The notes beneath the pieces were generated by a model. That model was not told where the DNA came from and made no database searches. It was given only the letters and a program-made list of their open reading frames with translations. The position numbers were made by a program, and so were the translations under genes. Shown here piece by piece: positions 1-11,800 of a stretch of 64,000 nt of DNA. Position 1 is the first letter of the stretch; each line of letters starts with the position of its first letter. The stretch covers positions 7,056,184 through 7,120,183 of the forward strand of contig OZ316895.1 in the NCBI GenBank assembly GCA_973895155.1, given 5' to 3'. Origin of the DNA: Marsupella aquatica. Lineage: Eukaryota; Plantae; Marchantiophyta.

Positions 1-2204
1 ACATCTAATTCCTATGACGGTGCTCTGCCAGTAGGGGAAGCGAAGCGGTCACGTTGTCTTGTTTATTTTGGCGTAACTTGCTTTTCATTCGATCCAGTTC
101 GGTCGATCACTTGTTTCGTCCGATGCACACCTGGGTCCGGCGACGTCACCGATCAATCACATTGCAATTGACTACCGTTAGTGGAGATTTTCGTCTCCAT
201 CCCATAAGTAACGTCGACGTTATGAAGGAAGATTCCATGGCCTCCACCTCGTCCTATATATATGTACCACTGCCTCTCTGCTGGCTCATTACACTCACTA
301 GAGCCACTGCTGATCGATACAGTCCGAATATATAGTTATCCACGCCCTAAGCAACATACCGATGATATGTGTACATGCATGAGCGAGATGCAACACCCTC
401 TCCCAAACAATCACGTTTGCAAGAAAGCAACAAGCCGCTCTGGCTCTTCTGTCAGCAGATCGATTAAGCTTGACAGCAAGCCCTGAGGTGGCTACGTACA
501 GCACCGCACTAGCATCGTTAGGCATAGGTAAGTGTCGATCGATGTCTGTGTTTCCTTATCTGTGGATGGCATGTCACAGATTTCGCGAGATCTAGTGAAA
601 TGAACTTCCGGTATTTGGAAAACTGCAAGAAACTGCCGGCTGGCCGAGGAGATTAAGGAAGAACATCTAAAGCTCGACTGAACCGCGGTGCCTGTGAAGG
701 GACAACCATGACCACCAGTACATTATTGCGAAGGAGTGAGCGGGTGTGAACGCGGAGTGAGCGTATTGAACGCGTGTACTGGCGGTTCGTGTTTTGAACG
801 CGAGATTGAATCATCTGGAGTTCTTTGTACATTAAGTGATCGCTGAAGGACACAGATGAGTGAATATTTGAAGCAAATTGATAACAACCCACATTTGAAT
901 TTTGTTAGGCTACCGGGCTACAAGTGTACAGAGACTCATTGTAGACCCTGAAACTTGGATAGTGGACACGGAACTCTACAGCAAGTTCTGGTCGGTCGAG
1001 ATACTGCCTTCCTAGCTAGACGCCAGCCCCGACTCGAAACAAAACTAATGACCCAAGTAAATGGGAAGCTATGCAAATGTGCTGTCGAATGGAATTCACT
1101 CTAATGGACTCCAGTGAAGGCTAGGGGCTTAGTCACAACTCCGTAGAAAGCTTAACTTTTTGCGCAACAATTCACTTTATGGCGTTCACCAAGACAGTTG
1201 AAGTGAAGATATCCAAAAAGGAGTAACAGTGGTAGGACGGAAAACCTCTTGCGTGGGAACTCGAACTTGGGAGGCTAATAACAATCTGGCTAAATTGTTA
1301 GACTCAAACAAGGTGAACAGTGTTTGCTGTGTCTTCGGAGTCTTCGGTGCATGATTGATCAGCCGGTATGATCTTCGGATGGCCCTAACAGTTTCAGGAT
1401 TCGAATGTAAGTTCTAGACGTGACAAGATCGGTGGAATAATGCTGCATCAGAGACTTCGTAAAAGGAATCGAAAGAGGTATGGAACATCCGCAATCTGGA
1501 TTGCCTAACTGTGGATCCAGGGCATGACTCGGAATGAGAGCTGAAGAGGGAAGTTAGTTACAAACCGTCACAAAAGTTGCACTGGATGACATCAGAATCC
1601 CTGGCAGATCGATCGACCGAGCGACTTGGAAGGCTTGCATGCGCTGACTTTCTCTTGACGTGATCAACCGTTTCCCGATCAATAGTCTCATCAACAACCT
1701 GAGACTGACCACCGTTACGATTGATGCACCAGCGACCATCGAGCCACTTAAAATGGAGGGAACTTGTCTCGTTCAAGGGTAATTGCGAAAGGTTGTACCA
1801 GAGAAGTTTCGGATGGCAGCAGACGCGTATGTTACCATCAGGAGTGTAGATTCTGGATGTTGCTAGTGTCTCGTTTGACATGAAAACCAGAGAGCATATG
1901 TGATCAGCTTCATGTACCGTGCCGGGAGAATTGGAAAGGGAATGCGATTCGCAATGGATTGGAGCAGGAGTAGTGCACATACTAGGTGTGACAAGATCTC
2001 GAGGATCCGCAGGGGTCTCTCGGTCTTGCGACTTGCGGTGGCGTTTAATTTCGCAGGTAGTCGGGAATACAGGCGAAAGTTGTTGACAACCTTAATTTAC
2101 CTATGGAAATCGTCTATGTAGACTGGTTTCTCCTGGAGATCGTAAACTCCACACGCAGGAGAGTGTGCATCTTGGAAGAAATACGAAACCGAGAGAAAGG
2201 AAAC

Positions 2205-3511
2205 ATGAATGGATACTATGAGTGCGAGGATCCTCTTGCACTCACCAGAGTAAGACCTTCTTCATCCACATGAGTTTTTAGGGTCGATTCCAATGACAAT
2301 TGCACGTCCGTGAAAACTTGGCACATGAGTCCTATACCCTGTGCTTGACAACAAATTTCAATCTGCACTTAACTTGTAGACTGAGAATGATCAATCTTAC
2401 CATGGCAAATTAAGACAGTTGGTCTACATAAAATCGTATCTGCAGGATATCAAACTTCAACACGAGACTAACTTCCGCAAAATTGCGTCTCGTTAAATCA
2501 CAAACTTGCGTTGAAATTCATCCAAAGCTAAATAACCTGTAAACTATCGATAACTCGATCAAGTGCTCTCGAGGTTTCCACAGCTGTCTTCTAACTTTAT
2601 GTTAATCTCGAGATCTCTTCCGGCGGCTATACTTCTAGCCATGAATGAAATGTCTCGAAGTAGGGTGTTTCCTCAAACAATACCCTTCGCCAATGTATTA
2701 ACAAATGCCTGAAGAAATCTTCTTCATGGGTGGAAACAAATATCTTCCAGCAAAATCCTTTTGAGGTCTTGACCTTCTGTTGTATGCCCTACTGCAGGTG
2801 AAGCAGCAAAACCTTGCATATCCATACAGAAGTCGGTCCATCTTACAGCAGGAGTGTCCTGCAAATCCCCCCGCGAGCGCAGTGTGGAATGTAGTCTCTA
2901 GCCTCGTTCAAGCCCTGAGCGACGCCCGAGATGAGCTTCTCACATTGTTGACAAGCGACGGCGTTCAAGTAGCACGAAAATCTGATGCAGCTACAAAAGC
3001 TAGACAGAGCGGCAGGAGCCCGACGTCTAGGAGTCCGAGCAGGAGTCCATGTAGAAGCCCTTGCAGGAGCCTGAGTAGGCCTTTGTCTGCACCGTCAGAC
3101 CTGAGGAGGTCAAGGAGTCCGTTGCGAGCATCAGGAGATTGTGGAATGATCAGAAGCTCCAACTCTTCAGGTAATCAAAAGTCTCGTACAATGACAGCGG
3201 CCTGTTACACTCCTCCCGTGTCGTTCGGCATGAATCTTCAGTTCGACAGTGTGCGGAGGGGAAGAAGCCCCCCCGCGGGTTGTCGGAGACCTGCAGGAAG
3301 GTACCAACCGATGACTCTGAACCAAAGAGGGATGATAACTCCGCATGGTTTAGAGTACGTTCAGGCCGTTGTTCCTGGCGAAAGAAGACGCCATTGTGCT
3401 GCAACCCGCTTTGCAGAATTGCTACAAGCAGAAACCTATCAATTACGAGAGCGCAGGGTCGCCGAAGAATCTGCGGCCAGTGCCCTTCGCAGCAGACCCT
3501 CGTGGTATTAA
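2205..3511 (+). CDS. Uncharacterised Ser/Arg/Pro-rich protein, ~252 aa, 2 coding exons: join(2205..2249,2798..3511)
   Basis: ATG at 2205 gives MNGYYECEDPLALTR followed by donor |GTAAGA at 2250. Acceptor ctactgcag| at 2797 is in phase 0 with the long ORF ending TAA at 3511. Contains repeated RSP(S/C)RS motifs. A possible upstream UTR exon ends at donor ag|gtaagt (527/528), with a TATA-like motif near 256. No family recognised. Confidence 0.55.
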
Positions 3512-3545
3512 CTGCGGATCGTATTCAAAATTCTTTCTTTCGTCA

Positions 3546-3932
3546 GTACTGAAGATCATTCAGCTCTTCCATCAGCATTCTGGCACTGAAATCAGCAATT
3601 TAGATCCATTGTGTGCCAATTCGTGCTGTTTGGAGGTAGTTTAGTTTTCACGGGGACCCCGATTTGCTCGGTGAAATCGAGCTAGCATCCATTATTTTCA
3701 ATTTGAAATGTACAGTCCATGATTGAACATTCACATTAGTGATCGATCTCAATTTATGTTTTGACACTGACAGTGGGTGGTATTGAAGATCAGCTTTCTG
3801 GAACTGAAATCAGCAATTGAGACGCAGAGTCAAATATAAGATCCGATCCATTGTTTGCCAATGCATCTTTTGGAGGTAGTTTCATTTTCATGGGGACCCC
3901 AACCAATTTACTGGGTGAAATCGAACAAGCAT
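3546..3932. repeat. Degenerate direct duplication (~145 bp units at ~3546-3688 and ~3780-3932)
   Basis: Shared blocks actgaaatcagcaatt, gatccattgt.tgccaat, tttggaggtagttt..ttttca.ggggacccc and ggtgaaatcga appear in both units. Confidence 0.7.
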
Positions 3933-4453
3933 TAATTGGCATTAGTTCGAGTGTGTTTCACTTCCAACATGAACAGCCCCCACCGTCTTGTACAGCCCCC
4001 ATGAGTGAAGGTGTAAAAGGCGTTTCACAGGCTCAATTCATGAGCACATGAAACACTCAATAAAATATTTTTTGGGTCTTTTTCTTAGAAATTACACCCT
4101 GCAACATACAGTGCAACATTTGGTATACCTTAATGCGATATGGTGACAAGTGCAAACAGCGTCATTGCACATTTTGGTATTCCATAATGCGGTATGGTGA
4201 GAGTTGCAAACAGCATCATTGCAGCTATGTTCTCCCCCTAGTTACCATATTGAAACTCCTGCATGATAATAATGCAATTCTGCAGAGCCTGGCTGTTATA
4301 GCTATGGCAGATTGTACCCTGTAAATCTGGAACACTTTTGGGCCGAACACTAACTTGAGCATCAGCTAGCTGTCATGGCTCTGGCGGATTGAATCCTGTA
4401 CTTCCGGGAAGCTTTGGGCCGACCTTTCCTGAACACGAACTTGATCATCAGCT

Positions 4454-5870
4454 TCACAATGTGGAAGCTAGCAGATTGGCAACCAATGTGGACTCCGCGT
4501 GCTTCAGCGAATCAACCAATCCACGAGTACCGCAGAAGTTGGCCAGGCTTTGCCACAGAAGAGCCCGGGGGTTCCGTTTCACGTCATCAAAATTTCCAAA
4601 AACACAGAGGAACCGCTTCACTCTTGTCAGCATCACACAAGCTCTGTGCCGGTCTGCGGCAAATAGAGAGAAGTGTTTCCCTGCCACGAGAGAAATCAAG
4701 ACAATGTCACTTTGCTGTCCCTGAAACGAGTCCACGTTGTGAACCGTCACCCTCTCATTCAAGTTCTCTGTTACCAGGAGTTTAGAGATGCATCTGTTCT
4801 GCTCCTCGTACAGCGTTAGAACGACGATATCGTTTCCCGTCTGGCACTTGGTGAGTTTCTGGCATACTTGCAGAATGGCTTGGGCTTCCGCTGTATTGTA
4901 TATGGACGTCTTTCCCTGGTCTTTGGTGGGCACGCCGTGAATGTTGACCCAGAGTAATGGGTGATGCCAATCTCTTTCGTTCCGTCGTGTCGGGGAGGTC
5001 TGTAGCTCGTTCTGATAGATCTCAGCTGAGATGAAGCTGCAGATCGTCGGTGGCATCCGGTACTGCTCCCTGAGGAGCTTGACCTCACAGCCATTGGACA
5101 CCAGGTCGAAAATGCTCGGCACTTTGATGGATCTGGAGGCTTTGCCAGAGCCTGAGAACGGGGGCAATTGGTAAGGATCTCCCAGTACTGTGAGCAGTGA
5201 GAGGTCTGGAAGACAAGTGAGAGGGTATACACAGTCTCCCTCAGCAGCTTGGGAGCATTCATCGATAACCATGGCCGTAACGTTTCCTCCCATCAAGCTT
5301 CTCGTGAAAGCCGGAGAGCCCACTAAGCCAAGGGTGCACACAAGTATTGGTACTGTGCCTCTCTTATTCTTAGTCCGCCAATCTTCGAGAGCTCCGGGGA
5401 GCTCACATCTTGCTTTGGTAACGACAATTGACTTGGCCAGCTTCTCGTAGAATGTTTCGTGCCAATCTACGAAGTAGTCTTCGCTCACTAACAACAACAC
5501 CCCGGGAACTTGCTCCTCGGTCAATGCTTCTGCTAAGTTCCTGGCGGCTACGTTTTGGTAGGCAGTACATAGAAGTACCTCCCGCTCGCCTCGCGCATGA
5601 AGCCACGCTTTTGCGACTGCTGTAATCAAACGTGTCTTTCCTGCACAGCAAGCATTAATGAAGGTTAGAAAGGTACCAGTTCTCCAGATTCCATTCCAAG
5701 CGGGATTCCAAGGCGAGCAACAATTTTATGAATGAGAATGCCAACGGATATGATCATGAGCTGACCTGTTCCTGGTGGCCCTATTGTAGCTGAAAGAGGA
5801 GACGTCAGGATCTGGAGCACTGCCTCTCGCTGGCTAACATTTAAGGAAGCAAAGACATCTTCAAAGTATT
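4454..5870 (-). other. Domain: SF1 Upf1/DNA2/NAM7-like helicase (AAA_11/AAA_12 type) at the C-terminus of the giant gene
   Basis: LNVSQREAV (Q motif), GPPGTGKT split by an intron, AYQNVAA, DECSQ, GDPYQLPP, LREQYRM, NTAEA, VDSFQGQQSDIVLISLV, VMLTRVK. Confidence 0.95.
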
Positions 5871-8800
5871 CCGATGTTAGCCGTGAAGCTTCTCTGGGAA
5901 ACGCTGAGTGCTCTTGTTTCGTCGGAATCTGTGCTTTTCCATTCTGTGGTTTCTTAAACGTGTTCGTCTTTGTACATTGAGACGCTGCAAGTTCTGGTTT
6001 CCTCAGAATTTCTTCTTTCCCAAGCTGTGCCTTCTCAGACGAGCTTGCCGTCGTACATTTCGGCACATGACGTTCTGAGTTCTCCGTAATCTTTGCTTTC
6101 CAACATTGCTGTGGGTTGTTAGCAATGCTTGCCGTTGGACAGTTAGGGGCTGAATGCTCTGGTTTCTTTGGAATGTTTGATCTCACACGTAGCTGGTTCT
6201 GCCAAGTAATTTCTGTCCCACATTTGAGTGCAAGAGAGAGAAGGCGAGGGCATCTTTGTGGATGGCAAAGTAGATCGTAGAACGCATCCCGAAGACGTCG
6301 AAATTGGGGGTTGCGGCTCTTACTGTTGTCCACAATCACATTGCTGATGGAATTGATGTCGATCGGCAATGCCGGTGTCTTTAATGATGAGGACCGATCG
6401 CTCAAAGGAGATAACACCACTGATTTCCCCGTGCGAGTCTGGGCTTGAAAAAATGCGGGTTTCTGACCATCGTTGAAGCGGAGTTCAACTCGCGAGCCTA
6501 CGCTCGTTACTCGTGACCGGAAGTCGCGCTGGAGGAGCCGCAGAGTGCTTCGAGAGCTCTCACTGATGCTTGCTGACGTCTGCAACACAAAATTACAGAT
6601 GATGCACACAGATGGGACTCCAATCATCACTGTGCCCTGTAAATCAATCTGCAAGAAACAGAAGGGGAACGAGAAGAAATGGCGTACCTCAAATACGGTC
6701 TTTTCTGTGCGCTGCAAGATGCCGTAATTTGATATTGCCCTAGCAAACAACTTCAGCACTTCCTCCGGGAGCTTTTCGAGACATGTCACAGGTATATCAA
6801 CTGCTGCAGGTCCTTCGAGCGCAATCATGCGAGAAGCCCAGGCATCCAAGGCTGCATATTTAATCTGCAAGTTCCGTTTAGTACATCAACGTACAATTCT
6901 TAGAAACACCAAAAATTGATGACGATCCGTTGATTAATTTTACTTCAATGCACCCTATGTACTGCAGACTCTGGCGGTTGACCTTCAGCTGAGCACTTTA
7001 TATTACACCGACATCTAGGCCTGCTTTGGTGAACAATGCTTTGGTGAAAGTGGGAAATTGGGCCCATGTCTGTACCTGTTCCAAAGTCAAGGTTGCACAG
7101 CTCCAGTCACTTGTGGTAATGGATTTCTTCTTTGTCCACTCCCAGCCATAGAGAGTCCTGCGGCCATATCAAACAGGACATCTGGTGTTATCACAAGTAG
7201 AGAACAGCTTTGGCGGGTAGCTTTTATTACGATCATGGCAGTGTAGCTAGCTCGCAAAATGATATCAATGGTTGATTGGAGGGGAGTACATGCATTGGGC
7301 ATCAACTTGGCTCGAACAACAAGAAAAGGTCAAAAATTAAGCCGAACCTGAAGATTCCCAGAATGCCTGCGGTTCGATTCGCAGTAGTGTACGCTGGTGA
7401 GACGTTCTTGAGACCGTTCACCATCAGGCCGAGAGTATGGTATATTGCAAGGGCGTCATTGTGGACCTCAGCTCCAGACTTCACTATTTTCTGGTCGCGT
7501 AAAACAGTGGCAAGTCTTGAAGGACAATGACAATTCAAAGTCTTACTTGTCAGATGAATCAAGACACACCGCTGGTGTGTTGAAACCTGAATGAGGTTGA
7601 GATCTCCGTTGAATCCATGCTCGCAATCTAATCCAAGCATACTGGTTGCGTCACTCTGCGGCAGCAACCAATCAATAGCAGCGTCCACGCCAACTGGATC
7701 ATTGATCTGGACCGTAAGTACCTCAACGGTAAATGTTTCCACAGATTGGGGAGTAACGTAGTCGTCAGGTGCCCGAGGCATTTTACTCATTACCTCCTTC
7801 GGTATTCTGATCTGGTAGTAAGTACTTGAACACCCTCCTTCTTTCCTTACTCTCACAACTTTTATCTGGTCTTCATCGGTAAAAGCTTCTTGGGCTGGGG
7901 CTTTGACAACATCAGAGACTTCTGGCGTTTTGTATTCAGGAAACTTACACTGAATGCTCTCGCGCACATCAAGACTAACATATTGCCAGAATTCTAAAGT
8001 GGATAACAATGGAAACTCCGTTGCGCAGGTGTTCTTCAAAAGATAATCATCAATGTCATCGTGTTCGGTCTTATTGACCTGACCCCACCAAGCTACACGA
8101 ACCTTGTAACCCCAGTCTCGAAGAAGACGAAATGTCTGGAAGTAGCAGCTTGTCACCTGTTATGACCAGCAAATATATCAAAACAGAAATCAAGTAGGAG
8201 ATGGGCAGAATTAAGAACTTAGGTGATAAAATCAATTTACCAAATGGGTATATGGACTAAGAAAAATGAGTTCCCAACATGTCTTTCTTGTGAATGACAT
8301 TGATGGATTGACAGAAGCAATGTTATGAGTCACAGGAACTGGTCATTCCGTGTTATATATTAGAGCCTTATCTGGGAGCAGAAGAAAGTTTTAAACTAAT
8401 GTTTTGAAGTACCTGGTCATTGCATTGTGAACCAGCATCAGGGAAAAAAATGATTTGCTCAACCTCCATCATGGCCAAATAGCACTGCAGTAGATTTTCT
8501 GATCGAGCGAAATCAGCTCCAGATGCGCCAATTACTGGCAATCCACTCAAACCTGCTAGGACATGAGCTTTGAGGCCACCTTCACAAAGACCAACTATGG
8601 ACAAGTCACTTTCTTGCGGAATACAGCAAAACAGGGGCAGTTCTCCTCCAATTTGAGGGCCCTTCCCACCCTTGAAAAGTTTATTACTGCTGAGCCAAAC
8701 GTACTTTCTTTTTCCTGTCAGATTGTCGTCAGCCTTTATTTGGCCTCCAGTGATTTGGCCAGATGGATCTCTTGCTGGGATGAAAATACCACGAGTCCCC

Positions 8801-11800
8801 ACCAAGCCGGTTCCTTTTCCATTCATACCAGGTATTAAGCTGCTTCCCATTATATCTCTGCCTCGAATTTTTCCTGGAATCCAGGACTGAAATTTGAAAT
8901 TATAGCATCGCTTTGCATCTAGTCCCCTTCGCTGTAATTCCTGTTTAGCACATAAACATAATGAAAAGTGATTAAAGCTTTCTGTAGAATCATGTTCTTC
9001 AGAATCATGTTCTTTGTCCGGTTAATATACGAATGGTGAAGATCAACATAGATTAAAAAGCAGCATATTTTTTTAGATATATAGACATTCAAATCCAAGA
9101 AAGGTTGACGTCAAGAAAAACTTAAGATTGACTACCATTTTGTGAGCATCGTTCAAATGTCCCAGCTTTTCTAGTATTGCTTGGTAGTGAAGATTCCGGA
9201 ACTGAGTTTCATCCACCCCATAGGTATCCAAAAGGGCAACTTCAAGGTCTCTCTTTCGTTCCATTGACGATGGCAACCTCAGCAGCAAGTTCAAGATTTT
9301 TGATCTACAATGCTCATCGATGTTCAGATTCATCATTTTGATGGTTTCAAGCAGCCAGAACACATTTTGCATGTGTATCTCCAAGTCCATGATCGAAAAC
9401 TTGTTTTCAATGGTCCAATCCAAGCATTTTCCTACAAAAAAAGTTGCTTTGGAACTACAAAAGCCAAGTAAATCGCGCACGAAACACCTCACTAAACTTG
9501 CAGTTGCGCCTAGCACCTCTTGATACATCACCACAGCATTTAAGAGCTTGAAAAATATGCTGATGTTCTCTCCATTAAATAGTCTCCTCAGGGCTGACAG
9601 GGTAGTCCATACCGAACTCTGCATGATTGAATCTATTAGCCGTAAAGAAGAGTAATGCGAGATTTCGTTGCAGAGATTCCCACGAGAAAAGAATGTGTCA
9701 AGTATATTCGACTGGTTCTCCAATATTAACTGCATGATGTAGGGCTGGAACACTGAATCCCAAGTCCAATCCACTGGTGAACAGCAGCATTTGAGAAGTG
9801 AAGCATATTCCAATGCATTCTCGGGCTCCAGCCTATCATATACAAGTAACCATCTTACGCGGCACTCCACCGTTTTTGACAGTGAGATATTCATCGACTG
9901 AATGATGCGAAGAAGAACCAACTGCAGTTTTGCAGCGAAATCAATCCCCTTTTTAAGGATTCGGCTGTCGCAATGACAGAGCAATTCTACGAAGTTACAT
10001 ATTTGCGTAGAGATCTGTTCCTGGTCACCCCCAACGACCTTACCTTTCCAAGGGACTAGGAGAAATTCCCGAGTCAGGATGTCTTTGATAAGACTTTCAT
10101 CGTGGTCAATTTTCCAGCTTAGTAACAGTGCCTCCATCACTCCCGTTGCTGTACTAGAAGGCCCTCTCAACGACAAGTGACAACACAAACTTTGTACTTG
10201 CTCCAGAATGCCATGAATCTTGCTCGTAAGGTCACTCAAGTGTATCGTAATTTCTGCTTGGCCAACCTCTGAGCGAGATCGAATTGCCTCAAACTCAACC
10301 TCATTTTTGGTACGAGAAACTCCCCCTCGGATTTGCGTCACATTTGCAAGGGTCACTTTCAAATCATCAAACCAAAAAATCTCGGAATCCTTCTCTCTTT
10401 GCACTTGTACTACATATGGTTCTGATGGAAACTCAAGCTTGGACCCTTTCCTGACAATCTTCTTTACAAATTCGTGAGCCTCCTCACTGCCATCATGGTC
10501 CTCTTCAGCTGCCTGCACAATCATTAACCCTCAGAGTGGAGATAGAATTTTTTTAATTACATCACATTCTTTGACTTGTCAGTGATTCCATACGTTAATC
10601 AAAGGCATGGCATTTAATTTTCTACTACTCAAACGAATGGCAACTTGGAAAGCTGGACATAGGTCCAATACAGGTTGACGAAAGCACTCACCTGCATAGA
10701 CAATCTTACATCTACTTGAGTAGCACCAGTATTGAGCCTGACAACATCGGCTACAGCAAGCCTAGTCTTCGACAACTCCACCAATTGTAAACGGAACCTC
10801 CCAGGAGCATCAATTGCATCTGTGATATTCAACTTTCCTACGCTATCCCTTTGGTCTCTGGCTGTTGGATTTGAGACTACGATTATAAAATTGTTTAGTC
10901 GTTCAACAGTTCTTGGATTACAGAGATGTAAACCTGCTCTCAAATAGTAGAAGTCTTTATCTGAGATTGTGTCGTCAAACCTTCGCTTAGATATTTGATG
11001 ACGATCGAGATACTTTCTCAACTCACCGAGAGGCTTAACCTGGCCATCACGAAATGGTAGACATGTCTCGAGAATAGTTGAACAACTAAAGACTACACGC
11101 CCCAGCCGTGCTTGCATCTGTACATTCCTACGTGGGCCCAGCGCTACCATTGCCTTGTCAAATGTTTCCTTCATTCTGGCATTGAAAAGTGAACTGGCAC
11201 CACAAGCATTTTTACTATCGAGAGATATTTCGCGAACGAGCACGAACTCTAAGGACTTGTACCCAACGGCACTTGATGAAATGTCCTGAAATCCTTGGAC
11301 ATGCACGCAGCGGATCTTTTCGTCCATATTTATCGACTCTATGTAGGTATCGTCAAAAATCCAGGGTGATGACTGTTGTTCTTTGTGGATCATTGTCTCA
11401 ATTCCCTGTAGAGCTTGTTCTACGTCCCTGGTCTTCCCAGAAACAGTGACAAGTCCAGGCCTCTGACTTGACGAGAAAGATCCAACTGAAATTCTTGCAG
11501 CAAAATGTTGATGCTGAAGTGCAGAGAGAATTGATTCTCTTTGTTGGCGTTTCACTATAACCTGTCTAGTGATGAATGAATCTCCACTAATCTCAGGGGT
11601 GAAGCTTCTTACCACCTTACACTGAACTTGATATTTTCGTGCCTGTAATTGCACTCTCTGAGCCGCCTCAGCTCCAAGAGTATTCGTAGGCATATTACCC
11701 TCCAGGTCAGGGTTGCAAATGGAGTGATACAATCCTTCCATCTCCTTTTTCTGCTTCCTATTGATTAGCTCGTCTTCCCTGGAATAAACGTACTGCAGCA

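Noticed and set aside
600-2120. Short ORFs, including 1558-1980 (-)
   Set aside because: No recognisable motifs or consistent splice pattern; probably intron or UTR of the 2205-3511 gene.
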